A DNA stretch of 64,000 bases from Octopus vulgaris (GCA_951406725.2 OX597823.1:10974001-11038000); one strand, 5' to 3'; numbered from the stretch's first letter, positions 13,556 to 27,373 are shown. Numbers and translations are program-made. The notes: generated by a model from the sequence alone, not told the origin.

Positions 13556-14392
13556 TAGAGTGACGCCAAAATAGAGGTGATTTTTAGCATGGTAGCTGAA
13601 GCAAGCAAGGAATATTGTAGCATCTACAGAGCACAATTTGTGACTCTATTATATCTGAGAGTGTTAATCTTCTCAGGCGTTACTAGAGTTAACGAGTTTA
13701 GAGAAAATTAATTGAAATTCAACACAAGTGGATCTAACAACCTTGTATTCGTTGACACGACAGTACTGATTGCAAATTTAATTATTTCGGTAATTTCATA
13801 ATTTCCGTGAAATCTAACTTTGATGGTCATCTAAATTCGATGGTTCCTTGCCTAGGGCAACTTGCTGCTTCAAGAAGGGCGCCATACTTAAGACACTTCA
13901 GCTACACAAGCGATACTTCAGAAAATGTAAAAGTTGAGATGTGCGTTTTATTACAGAATGCTTCAAAGAAGAAATAGGACAAGTCGAATTTGTTTGGCGA
14001 CCAAATTCCTTTGAATTATACTTGCCATCTTGCATTATGTAGTTTTAGATAGTATATATATATATATGAATAAAATATATTTAGGATCAAAGATACCCCG
14101 CTCGTGATAGATAGACTGGACTAGATTCTGCCTTACTTGTTGACCTAAAGGTCAACAAATCAAAATAGGAACAGAAATGTATTCAAATATTAGTATTAAC
14201 CATAAAACAGCAAATGGTGGTGAAAGATGTTCTTTATTTCTGCAGAGTTGAGATCACGCTACGGTACATTGAGTTTACATTTTTCTAATGACCATTTAAA
14301 TAACTGCAAGTAATATACGGAGACAATCTAGTTATTACATTATTTACATTATTTACAATTGACATATATTTGTCCTCATCTTGTTTGCTGTT

Positions 14393-14438
14393 AACACAAC
14401 GTTTCGGTTGATACACCCTTCAGCCTTCATCAGGTGTC
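14393..14438 (-). ncRNA. Minimal type I hammerhead ribozyme
   Basis: Minus strand GACAC-CTGATGA-A-GGCTGA...TCAACC-GAAAC-GTT-GTGTT. Confidence 0.7.
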
Positions 14439-14536
14439 TTAGGGAAATTTCTAACCTGGGTTCTCATTCCTAAGGTATTTTTCAATGTTTTTATTATTAT
14501 TGTTATTATTATTATTATTATTATTCATTATTATTA

Positions 14537-14605
<69 letters not shown>

Positions 14606-14644
14606 TCACTGCCTGGAATTGAACTCGGAATCTTGGGTTAGTGA

Positions 14645-14700
<56 letters not shown>

Positions 14701-14760
14701 GTAATAACATCGAAAAATACCTTAAGAATGAGAACCCAGATTCGAAATTCCCCCCCCCAA

Positions 14761-14806
14761 GACACCTGATGAAGGCCGGAGGGTATATCAGCCGAAACGT
14801 TGTGTT
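14761..14806 (+). ncRNA. Minimal type I hammerhead ribozyme
   Basis: GACAC-CTGATGA-A-GGCCGG...TCAGCC-GAAAC-GTT-GTGTT: stem I GACAC/GTGTT, full core, palindromic ACGT stem III. Confidence 0.7.
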
Positions 14807-15820
14807 AACAAAAATCAAGATGAGGAAAAATATCCGTCAAATGTAAATAATGTAAATAATGTACATAATTCCTCATCTCTTAAATAAGGAACTGTATTAT
14901 CTAATTATTACATTACAAAACTGTTGTCGTGTACCTGCCAATATGTAACATCATTATTGGTTCCTACCTAGTATAACAAAATCGGTTGGGCGTCGTTTAT
15001 AGCGTTTTCTGTTACAATTCAAGAAAGTAAGGATCTAAACGAAGGTGCATACGGCTGGCAATTGATACGCGGCATTATCCAGTTTAGAAGGGAACTTCTA
15101 AAATGGATAAAAATTTTATGAGTCTAATAGGGGTGCTAGATAAAATAAGTGCTGCTTGGGTGCAAATTGTGTATCTTCTAACAAATAGAGAATATGGGGT
15201 GTCAGATTAAAGAAAAAAAATGCTACCAGCTGTGAACTCAAACTATCAACTTTATGATGTTTAGTGCCTCATATAGAAAGAATTGTCGTGTAGTAGATAT
15301 CAAAAATGGACAACATCATGGATATTTTTACAAAGATAGCAAACTTCATTGGAGCAGGAGGTCTGAACGACAAGCAGTCAAGCTGCTTTTTGGAAGGAAG
15401 TCTTGATCATAAACTGCCGTATCACACCGGCATTTGATCGTTAAATCGGAGTTTTAAAAGGTGGTATACCTCATTTGGAGCATGCAGTTTTGAACTGCAG
15501 ACAGTTTCAATGCTTTTTGGAAGAAAATCATAACCATAGACTGCTGTATTTCATCGATATTCACTGGTTGGATCAGAGGTAGTTTTGAAGCAGTCTTTTA
15601 TGCACTTCAGTGTAAAATACACATATTCATGAAATACAAACGAAGGGTTGTGTAGGAACTGAAAGGCATTGGATAGGTTCAAGACTGAAATATTCTAGGG
15701 CTTGTGTATCTACACTATATTTGACCAGCCAAAGCTTATGCGTATGGCACCCTGCTGTAGGGACATGGCCAGTGCCTTATGTTATACAGCTAAGTTATTG
15801 TATATGTGTGTATACATATG

Positions 15821-15880
<60 letters not shown>

Positions 15881-16201
15881 CATACGCACACGCACACGCA
15901 TACACATATACCCACACACACATATATATATATACTTGTATAAAATAAAAAGGAAAAGAAAATGGCATTTGCCGCTCTACTCTTGAAGAGTGATGCCTAA
16001 CTTTAACAATTTCATCTGGGCTCGTCGTTAGTCGCACACGTATGAAGCCATACACACATTACCTATAAATAACGTTATTGCATAAGTTATAGCCATCTTG
16101 AAACAGCTGTCGAGATTAGACTTTAATATTCATTTATGTATTTATATATACATGCATACTAACATATATATATACATATACATGCAAACACATATACTTA
16201 C

Positions 16202-16242
<41 letters not shown>

Positions 16243-16699
16243 CTATAGAGAGACAGAGAGAGAATTATTGTGGATTACACAATACACTTCTAAGACGCAC
16301 ACACACATATTATTGAAGTAGTGCGCAATTCCTGATTATTCTCTTCTTAACTTTCGACATAGAAAAACGAAAATATGTATATATAAGGAAGCCAACTAAT
16401 TTTATGTATGACGTGTAAAACGTAAAGCAATACTCTACGCTGTATCTTACATTAAACGACTTCGCTGATCAATAGACGTTTAGGTATTCAGCTAGCAAAA
16501 AGCACTTACATGTAATTCACTTGGAATATGGATATTTCATGATATATTATACATTTACCGTTGGAAATAAGTATAAAAGACATTCCTTTTGAAATACGTA
16601 TCTCTTCTTAAACATATAAATGTTTGTGTATCTCCGGCTTTTATTCAACTCTGACTTTGTTATATTCAAATATGAATGCACTTCTAATATTACAATATC

Positions 16700-16716
16700 A
16701 TACATACATACATACA

Positions 16717-16750
<34 letters not shown>

Positions 16751-17133
16751 CCTACATACATACATACATACATACATACATACATACATACATACCTACA
16801 TACATACATAAATACATACACACAATCACATACATACATACATACACACAATCACATACATACATACACACAATCACATACATACATACATACATACATG
16901 CATACATACATACATACATACATACATACATACATACATACATACATACGTACGTACGTTCATACATACATATATACCTACATACCTACATACATACATA
17001 CATACATACGTACATACATACATACCTACATACATACATACATACGTACATACACACATACATACACACAATCACATACATACATACATACATACATATA
17101 CATACATACATATATACATAAATACATACATAC
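16700..17133. repeat. (CATA)n microsatellite
   Basis: Seen directly. Confidence 0.97.
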
Positions 17134-17583
17134 AGGCATATTTTATATAAACATAGCTATGTCTATATGTTGGTATGTATGTTCTTTGTCGAACATAAAC
17201 ATGAATATTCTATATTTGCTAATCAAAAACCTGTACTGAGTCTAATGTAGATATGCAATAATGTAAAACGAGCAATAATCAGTTTTGCAAACTCAATCCT
17301 AAAATTTTTCATACTCTTAGCTTAATATCAAATCCCTTCTTTATTGGTATTTATATGATTTCACGTCATCAACTGACGTTCATGGCTCGTTCCATTATCC
17401 GTCAACACGTTTCGCGTACTGTTGAATACATTCATCCGAACAAGACTAGCTGTTCGAAACGTTTTGATGTTTTCTTTCTTTCATTTTGTATTTTTAATGT
17501 GAATTACTACACGCATAATATATATATATACACATACACGCATACATGAATATATATCGACCGAACACACACACATGTACATA

Positions 17584-18107
17584 CAGTAATGCCTCGATAT
17601 ATGAGTTAATTTATTCCCGGAGAACGCTCGTAAAACGAAAACTCGTAAAGCTGAGCAATAATTTCCTATAGTAGCAATGTTCTAAGTCGTAATTATTTTA
17701 CCCAATTTATAATACTCGTAAATAAATGGCGGTAAAAAGTAGAATGTAAAGAACATTTTATGTAAAGTAAAAGAATGTCAAGATCATTTATAATAAAAAA
17801 AAATTATTATAATCGTTTTCTGAATCACTTTCACTCGCACTAGACTCGCACACACCATCACTTGTAGACGCGATTGCCGATTCACAAGCACTCGTGGACA
17901 GACTTGTAGATTTCTTTTTTAAAAATAAGTCTAGATTTGTTTGCTTAGAAGAGGCTGCTTTTCGCTCTGTATAGATTTCTCGGTAACAAACAGAAGCATT
18001 TGTTTTGGTAGTAGAAACTTTTGCACTTCGTTCAAAATTTGGATCTTGTACTTGAAAAGTTCATTATAAAATAAAACTCGGGGGTCTTGTAAAGTGAAGT
18101 ATTACTG
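17584..18107. mobile_element. Tigger/pogo-like non-autonomous DNA transposon
   Basis: TA|CAGTAATGCCTCGATATATGAG ... CTTGTAAAGTGAAGTATTACTG|TA: imperfect TIRs with TA TSD. Confidence 0.7.
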
Positions 18108-18369
18108 TATTTATATATATACACACACATATATATTAACGGTCTCTTAGTTAAGGTACAATGAAAAGAGAACATAGGCACCTTAATTGAAGGCAATCAA
18201 TAAACATGATAGATCGATAAACAATGAAATAAAAGAAATCCTATCCACATTCCTGTAGGCTCCCGGATTTGTGTTCACATGAGAAACCAGAACTACACTC
18301 AGAAAACAGGAATTGTAGGATAACAGTCACACACACCACCCTATGCATAAATAGTAATGATAACTATAA

Positions 18370-18678
18370 TATAATAATTAATTCGTTTATTGGCCACAAG
18401 GTCTTACATAAAGTTACTTTAAAACACATAAAGCAACATAAAAGACAAAAACAGGACGATACAATGGGTTCTGCAATGTGTAAACCGTCTAAAAACACTT
18501 AAAATTAAGCAATTTAAAACTCCCAATAAGGGAGGCCCATTAAGGACCTCGGGGAAAAAACCCACAAAAGTCACGGGTGCCTGAACAACAGGGCAGGAGC
18601 CCGTTTCCCTTTGTTAACAGGTGCACGCTCGGAATTGGTCCTTTCACACTGGCCCTTCTTCCAACATTCACCCACTGT
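18370..18678 (-). mobile_element. Tx1/L1-like LINE 3' end
   Basis: Minus frame WVNVGRRASVKGPIPSVHL*, then a T-rich 3' UTR ending CCAATAAACGAA-(TTA)n. Resembles the end at 30.4-30.7 kb. Confidence 0.55.
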
Positions 18679-19233
18679 TATATAATAATAATATAAAGAT
18701 ACTTATATCGTCACCTCATAATTGTGAAGGTATGCTACTTTCTGCTTAAGGTATAGGCACGTGTGTGTGTATTATATATTTACATATTTTGGCACATATA
18801 CACTTCTATATAGAGTCTATATCATAGACATACTAGTAGATATAAATACATATATATATGTGTGTGTGTATGGGTGTATAGGTGTGTGTGTCTGTGTGTG
18901 AGTATCCATTTATTCTTTTTTAGATTTATGTGTATATGTATGCATTTATACACATATATTTGTATCCTTTACTCACACATGAACACTATTTCGTGGCTTT
19001 TAGTGCTCCCTGGTTGACCTTTACCCCTTTATCAGTGTGTCCCAATAGTTTATGTAAATCAGCTGTCAACAACCTTTTCACTATCAGTTCTCTGGCTTCC
19101 ACTTTCCCTTCGACAACCTTGGGTAGAGGATTTTATTGCTAGTCCTATCCACTTCCATTTTCCCTCTACCTAGCAGCATTCATTTTCTTTTCGCTAAATG
19201 GCTATGGCTACAACTACACCCACTGTTTATCCA

Positions 19234-19782
19234 TTTACTCTTTTACTCTTTTACTTGTTTCAGTCATTTGACTGCGGCCATGCTGGAGCAAATCGACCCC
19301 GGGACTTATTCTTTGTAAGCCCAGTACTTATTCTATCGGTCTCTTTTGCCGAACCGCTAAGTTACGGGGACGTAAACACACCAGCATCGGTTGTCAAGCG
19401 ATGTTTGGGGAACAAACACAGACACACAAACATATACACACACATACATACATACATACATACATACATACATACATACATACATACATACATACATACA
19501 TACATGCATACATACATACAAAAATACATACATACATACATATATATATATATATGTATATATACATGGGGACAAACACAGACACACAAACACACACACA
19601 TATATATATACATATATACGACAGGCTTCTTTCAGTTTCCGTCTACCAAATGCACTCACAAGGCATTGGTCGGCCCGGGGCTATAGTAGAAGACACTTGC
19701 CCAAGATGCCACGCAGTGGGACTGAACCCGGAACCATATGGTTGGTTAGCAAGCTACTTACCACACAGCCACTCCTGCGCCT
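19234..19782 (-). mobile_element. tRNA-derived SINE, family A (full length, internal microsatellite)
   Basis: Complete head, core and GTAAAAGA tail repeats. Confidence 0.92.
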
Positions 19783-20245
19783 ATATATATATATTCTGAT
19801 TTGATTTTTTTTCCTTCTCTTTTTTACGACTGGCCATTCCCCCAAGCGCCATGTCAACTAAGAGACTAAGCAGAGACAACAGGAGCTGAAGATTAGCTTA
19901 TCTGCCTTGGCATCTGTTACAATTTATTTAACAAATATCATTTTGCTATGAAACGGTCATAGACCGAGCCTTACCGTTTGCATTCCTTACTTTTGGGATT
20001 CTTACTCATATTCTTAGTAGCTTTAGTTGCTAAAACCGTGATTTGAATGATGATCATCGGTTTATCGAAATTCCTTCTAATTCCGATATAAGAAGCATGT
20101 AACTTACGATGCGAAACATGTTTTATTGTGTATTGTCCAGTTATTGTCATTTGTATTACTTGAAGCTTACTACCATCGTACACTTGGATTACCTAGATCG
20201 TGTATATACATACATAGATGCATACATACATACATATAGATATAT

Positions 20246-20323
<78 letters not shown>

Positions 20324-20387
20324 GTATATATACTTATATATACATATATACATATATACATATATACCTATATACACACACACACAT

Positions 20388-20421
<34 letters not shown>

Positions 20422-20504
20422 TGTATGTATGTATGTATGTATGTATGTATGTATGTATGCATATATACGGTTGAAAAATAACACACGAGTTGATATACAT
20501 GGAA

Positions 20505-21520
20505 AAATAGTCAAGGTAGAAAATACTAAAATAATTTTATAAAAAACATTTCAGTACCGGTTTCAGTCATTGAGACTTTTTTCAACTGTAAGTATAGAAA
20601 ACAATTAAATTTTGGAAAGATTAAAAGAAAATTTTTTTTTAAAGAATATTTGCGTAGTATTCAAATACAAGGGGCATTTTCCTTGTTTCTGCCTGTCTCT
20701 GTCTCTCTTGTCTACGCTTGTGGGTTCGAGGTCGTTGTGAATTATTGGTAGGGAAGAAGAAGAAGAAGAAGAAGAAGAAGAAGAAGAAGAAGAAGAAGAA
20801 GAAGAAGAAGAAGAAGAAGAAGAAGAAGAAGAAGAAGAATGCGAGAGTGTCATGATAGTAGTGGGATGTAAAATGGTCAAGTGCCTTACAAGTGACTTGT
20901 TGTGGATGGTGGTAGTGATTGAATTCTTGAGACATCTCATTTGAATGTATTGTTTATAAAATTTGCGTAGGTGTTATTCTAAACAGAAATAGTAGTAAAG
21001 TTAGGAGGGATATGGCGGAGAGGAAGAAGACGGAGAAGAAAGAGAAAGAGAAGGAAGAATAATAAAAGAATGCAGGTGGTATGATAGTACTAGGATGTTA
21101 AATGGTCAAGTGACCTAAAAGTGACTCGTTATGGATTATAGCAGTGATTGGGACTGTCTTTTAATGAATTCTTGGTAATCTCTTGAGTGTATCATTTTCT
21201 ATATTTGCGTCTGTGCGTGTGTTATTCTAAGGCCGTGGTGGATATGTCGTTTGTTGTAGATGCGTTCAAAAGGAGTCTTCCTTGCCAAGAATTCACAACG
21301 ACCTCGAACCCACAAGAGTAAACAAGAGAGAAACAGGCAGAAGCAAGGAAAATGCCCCTTGTATTTGAATACTATGCAAATATTCTTTTAAAAATCTTTT
21401 CTTTTAATTTTTCCAAAATTTAATTATTTTCCATACAGTTGAAAAAGTCTCAATGACTGAAACCGGTACTGAAATGTTTTTTATAATATTATATTAGCAT
21501 TTTTTACCTTGACACTTTCC
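20505..21520. mobile_element. Penelope-like element with inverted terminal copies, each with a degenerate hammerhead
   Basis: 20505-20743 is the reverse complement of 21289-21520. Motif CAG-TTGAAAA-AGTC-TCAAT-GACT-GAAAC-CG-GTA-CTG at 21436-21471. The interior holds two diverged direct copies and (GAA)n. Confidence 0.65.
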
Positions 21521-21662
<142 letters not shown>

Positions 21663-21679
21663 GAAAGAGAGAGAGGGAG

Positions 21680-21719
<40 letters not shown>

Positions 21720-21751
21720 CATATATATATGTGTGTGTGTATGTATGTATG

Positions 21752-21784
<33 letters not shown>

Positions 21785-22089
21785 ATGTATGTATGTAGGA
21801 GAGAGAGGGAGTAACAATCTGAGAAAAAGAAATCCTTCAAATGGGTGTGTTAAACATCCAATTCACTGGTACGTCAGTTGGATACCATATAAATATTGGT
21901 ATAATTCAATTATAAACATAAAGTATAGATGTACTATTGACAATCCAATAATTTATTTATATTACAATATTACATTAAACACTATAAATATAATATAACA
22001 TAATATTATATTCATAGGGTTTAATGTAATATTGTAATATAAATAAATTATTGGATTGTCAATAGTATATCTCTATATTTTATCTCCAG

Positions 22090-22126
<37 letters not shown>

Positions 22127-22195
22127 TGTGTGTGTTTGTGTGTGTGTGTGTCTGTGTGTGTGTTTGTGTGTGTGTATATGCATGTGTATATATAT

Positions 22196-22250
<55 letters not shown>

Positions 22251-22305
22251 TAGATATAGATATAGATATATGTATATATATATATTTATATTTATATATA
22301 TATAT

Positions 22306-22480
22306 ATCGTAACTCCAACGTCATGGAGGCCTTCCGGACGGTGGAGTTACGATTTCAGGAGGTCGACTGGGATCACGTGGATGAGAAAAGCGCGATCCAG
22401 AGAGGAGTGGGCAGCCTGCTGTGACCAGCGGTGTCAAATGGACGCCTGACGGTCTGGTCGATCAAGGTGATCAAAAGACG
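22306..22480 (+). mobile_element. RTE-like LINE 3' end (5'-truncated)
   Basis: [28 protein letters not shown] matches the GRP..RW.D....G..W...A..R..W C-terminal motif. Confidence 0.75.
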
Positions 22481-22925
22481 ATATATATATATATATATAC
22501 ATTGGTCGTCACATATTACCGCATTCATTTCGCCTGCACCATGGAAAAAGCTGTGGTTCTATATTACACATTAGTTTCTAACATGTTTTCAAATATATAA
22601 ATGAATATTTTCGCACACGATAATTGTGTATTATATCGAGGCCAAGAACTGTTCTTACTTTTCATCTTAAACAGTTATTAAACATTTATTCAAATCTGCA
22701 AGCTTTCGGTCTTTTCCGAACTATATATTTTCATTACAAAGCCAAATTACACAATTTGAAAAGTAAAACAAATAATTACTAATTTACCTCGTATTCAACT
22801 CATAATCATGATGATAATATTCCGTTTGAACGAGTATTTCCACTTTACAGGTTTTGTTGGGACATTGTCAAAATTTAGAGTCGTATTCCTATAGTTATAG
22901 ATATCAATTGACCTGTCTTTCGTAT

Positions 22926-23087
22926 CTACAAATATACAAATCGAGTATAAAACTTTAAAATTGGAAATTGCACTGACGCGACCTATAATATTGAAGTATA
23001 TATGGAATTGGAATATGATTAAATATACAAGCGAGACACTAATTACAATTATTTTGTTGCTTAAGGTAACGTATTTCGTTGTAATGA
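22926..23087 (-). CDS. Candidate last two exons (V)ITTKYVTLSNKII / VASVQFPILKFYTRFVYL*
   Basis: Exon 23087-23047 (phase 1 to 0), a 64-nt GT-AG intron, then exon 22982-22926 ending in TAG. Confidence 0.5.
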
Positions 23088-23199
23088 CTGAAAATAATAT
23101 CCTCATTCAAATTTAAAAGGAAATAATGGACATGGTTGTGTATAAATGTCACGTGTGTTTCGTATAGGAATGTATGGGTGAATGGATGTACGAACATAA

Positions 23200-23227
23200 A
23201 TATACATGAATGCATATGTATACGAGA

Positions 23228-23260
<33 letters not shown>

Positions 23261-23401
23261 TGTGTACATACGCATATATTTTCTCATATACATATACATT
23301 CATGTACATTTATGTTTGTACATTTATATATATAAATATATATGCGTGTGTGTGTATATGTATGTATGTATGTACGTATGTATGTATGTATATATATATA
23401 T

Positions 23402-23486
<85 letters not shown>

Positions 23487-23568
23487 TATTTGTATGTACT
23501 TGTAAATGTATCTTTCTATATAGATCGATAGATAGGTATATAGGAAGAGACAAAGAGATGGACTGGGA

Positions 23569-23603
<35 letters not shown>

Positions 23604-23623
23604 AGATAGATAGACAGACAGAC

Positions 23624-23710
<87 letters not shown>

Positions 23711-24135
23711 TGCATGTTTGTATGTCTACTTTTATGTGGGCATATTCTTCACTCTTTATTCGTAACTGGTTTCAGCTTCAGAGTTGCGTCAACGATGGGG
23801 CACCGCCGTTTTCTTTTCTTTGTATACACCCAAGCATATACAATCATACACGTACACACACACACATGCATGTATGTACTTATAAATATGTGTAAGTATA
23901 TATGTAAATATATATATAAATATCCATGTATATGTGTATATATATGCATATATATACACGGTGCCCCAGCATGGCTGCAGCCTCAAAGCTCAGACTTTAA
24001 AAGAATAAATGAGTAAAAGAATATATATATACACATATGTATATATACGTATTTTCTTATAGAGGCATATCTACTTAAATATGAATAAATATAACTATAT
24101 ACGTGTAATATATGTGTTTGTGCGTGTAATTATAC

Positions 24136-24184
<49 letters not shown>

Positions 24185-24329
24185 ACATATATATACTATA
24201 TATATATATATACTATACATGTATATATATATATATATACTATATATTTATATATATATATATATATATACATGTATATATATATATATACTATACATAT
24301 ATATATACTATACATGTATATATATATAC

Positions 24330-24360
<31 letters not shown>

Positions 24361-24427
24361 CTATACATGTATATATATATACATATACATATATATATAT
24401 ATATTCTATACATGTATATATATATAC

Positions 24428-24485
<58 letters not shown>

Positions 24486-24723
24486 TATACATGTATATAT
24501 ATACATATATATATATACTATACATGTATATATGTATATACATATATATATATATATACATGTATATATATATATATGTGTGTGTGTGTTTAGTTACATT
24601 TATTCTTCATATATCATATATAATATATAGTACAATATGTATATTTATACATAAGTGCAAATGATTAAAGCAAATTTCAAATCTTCTTGTACAAATAATT
24701 GATGTATATTTGTACATTGTACA

Positions 24724-24816
<93 letters not shown>

Positions 24817-25180
24817 ATAAATATACCTGCGTATGCGTATACTCACGCACATACAATCAGGAACATACCAATATTGATTGATTTCGTTATTTTGCTGGTT
24901 TGGTTGTGTATTATATATTTTATCTCGTTTCGCTGCTGAAAAAAAAAATGCTTTTGTTTTAATAATATCTGCAAGTACACTGATAAAGCTTCGGCGACTG
25001 GCTATTACTCGCCCAACTTAACAACTCTTCACTTTATCAATATCTGCTTTATTCCACACAGCAACAAAGCTGGGCCAAGATTTCTTGAATAGGAGACATT
25101 ATAAAGTGATTGTATGATGGTGCAAATATGTGTATATGTGTGTATGTGTGTATGTATGTTTGTGTTGGTGTGTATTTGTA

Positions 25181-25241
<61 letters not shown>

Positions 25242-25373
25242 AACGCATGTATATGTGCATATATCTATATAGATACATACATACATGTTTATATATAAAT
25301 GTTTGTATGTACAATTTATATATGCATTTAGGTATATGTGTATACATATATGTATTATGCATAGGTGTATATG

Positions 25374-25425
<52 letters not shown>

Positions 25426-25440
25426 TATCTATATATATAT

Positions 25441-25485
<45 letters not shown>

Positions 25486-25489
25486 CTAG

Positions 25490-25524
<35 letters not shown>

Positions 25525-25532
25525 CATATATA
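23200..25532. repeat. Compound microsatellite field: (TA)n, (TATG)n, (GATA)n, (GT)n
   Basis: Seen directly; short unique islands remain at about 24.85-25.1 kb. Confidence 0.9.
24869..24935 (-). CDS. Candidate exon QRNEIKYIIHNQTSKITKSINI
   Basis: Poly-T-cag acceptor, donor G|gtatgt, phase 0 to 1. Confidence 0.5.
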
Positions 25533-26026
25533 CTCTTTTTACTCTTTACTCTTTTACTTGTTTCAGTCATTTGACTGCGGCCATGCTGGAGAACCGCCTT
25601 TAGTCAAGCATATCGACCCCAGGACTTAATCCTTGTAAGCATAGTACTTATTCTATCGGTCTCTTTTGCCGAACCGCTAAGTTACAGGGATGCAAACGCA
25701 CCACCACCGGTTGTCAAGCGATGTTGGGGGAACAAACACAGACACACAAACATATACACACACATACACATATATACCTATATACGACTGGCTTCTTTCA
25801 GTTTCCGTCTAACAAATCCACTCACAAGGCTTTGGTCGGCCCGAGTAGAAGTCACTTGCCCAAGGTGCCACGCAATGGGTTCCGGGCTCAGTCCCACTTT
25901 GTGGAACCTTAGGCAAGTGTCTTCTAGTATAGCCTCGGGCTAACCAAAGCCTTGTGAGTGGATTTGGTAGACGGAAACTGAAAGAAGCCCGTCGTATGTA
26001 TATATATACGTGTGTGTGTGATTGTG

Positions 26027-26063
<37 letters not shown>

Positions 26064-26274
26064 TGTGTGTTTTGTTTGTGTGTCTGTGTTTGTCCACCCA
26101 ACATCGCTTGACAATCGATGCTGATGTGTTTACGCCCCCGTAACTTAGCGGTTCAGCAAAAGAGAAAGATAGAATAAGTACTAGGCTTACAAGGAATAAG
26201 TCCTGGGGTCTATGTACTCGACTAAAGGCGGTGCTCCAGCATGGCCACAGTCAAATGACTGAAACAAGTAAAAT
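25532..26274. mobile_element. Two family-A SINEs fused head-to-head (minus copy 25532-25880, plus copy 25877-26274)
   Basis: Core and tail sequences are mutually reverse-complementary; both heads are truncated at the junction. Confidence 0.88.
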
Positions 26275-26295
26275 ATTATATGTATATGTGTGTGT

Positions 26296-26471
26296 GTTAC
26301 TAAAGTGACTAAGGGTACTATTTAGCACCAGTATTGCTAGAAATAAGAGTCAAAACAACTCATACTCACGAGAAAGCACTTATCTTATGACTGAGAAGGG
26401 AAGCAAGCTCCCTACAGCATCCGGGGTATAGCCAGATCATCAGTTAAATTACCCTTAGTCACTTTAGTAAC
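26296..26471. mobile_element. MITE-like element with a 22-bp perfect TIR (duplicated at 27058-27233)
   Basis: GTTACTAAAGTGACTAAGGGTA ... TACCCTTAGTCACTTTAGTAAC. Confidence 0.7.
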
Positions 26472-26569
26472 GTCTATGCTTCTGTCTTTAGGTTGCAAAT
26501 AGCGAATAATCCACCTTTATTGTGTGTGTGTGTTTATAAATACGTGTGGACAGAGAGATATATAGTAGG

Positions 26570-26953
26570 TAGGAGCACTCCGTCGGTTACGACGATGAGG
26601 GTCCCAGCTGATACGATCAACGGAACAGCTTGCTCGTGATATTAACGTGTAAGTGGCTGAGCACTCCACAGACACGTTTACCTTTAACGCAGTTCTCGGG
26701 GATATTCAGCGTGACACAGAATGTGACAAGGCTGGCCCTTTGAAATACAGGTACAACAGAAACAGGAAGAAAGAGCGAGAGAAAGTTGTGGTGAAAGAGT
26801 ACAGCAGGGATCACCACCATCCCCTGCCGGAGCCTCGTGGAGCTTTTAGGTGTTTTCGCTCAATAAACACTCACAACGCCCGGTCTGGGAATCGAAACCG
26901 CGATCCTCCGACCGCGAGTCCGCTGCCCTAACCACTGGGCCATTGCGCCTCCA
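26570..26953 (-). mobile_element. tRNA-derived SINE, family B
   Basis: Minus head TGGAGGCGCAATGGCCCAGTGGTTAGG...GGTTTCGATTCCC (A and B boxes). Near-identical to 35219-35602. Confidence 0.92.
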
Positions 26954-27280
26954 CTGAATAAGTCCTGGGGTCGATGTACTCGACTAAAGGCGGTTCTCCA
27001 GCATGGCCACAGTCAAATGACTGAAACAAGTAAAAGATTATATGTATATGTGTGTGTGTTACTAAAGTGACTAAGGGTACTATTTAGCACCAGTATTGCT
27101 AGAAATAAGAGTCAAAACAACTCATACTCACGAGAAAGCACTTATCTTATGACTGAGAAGGGAAGCAAGCTCCCTACAGCATCCGGGGTATAGCCAGATC
27201 ATCAGTTAAATTACCCTTGGTCACTTTAGTAACGTCTATGCTTCTGTCTTTAGGTTGCAAATTGCGAATAATCCACCTTT

Positions 27281-27373
<93 letters not shown>

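Larger units (their letters stand above)
14333..14865. mobile_element. Inverted pair of Penelope-like termini, each with a hammerhead ribozyme
   Basis: 14333-14610 is the reverse complement of 14640-14865, apart from the lengths of the TTA/TAA tracts. The spacer is a fragment of a tRNA-like B-box region. Confidence 0.8.
13555..15780 (+). mobile_element. Very old Gypsy-like RNase H/integrase remnant, split by the PLE palindrome
   Basis: Weak peptide echoes only: NLFGDQIPLNYTCHLAL (RNase H), WFLPSITKSV (zinc-binding region), PYHTGI*SLNRSFK (TAYHPQ.NG..ER.NRTLK). Confidence 0.35.

Noticed and set aside
25030-25084. GTPase G4-like motif [10 protein letters not shown] on the minus strand
   Set aside because: Followed by a stop, with no other G motifs. 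At most a weak exon candidate of the BPI-like locus.
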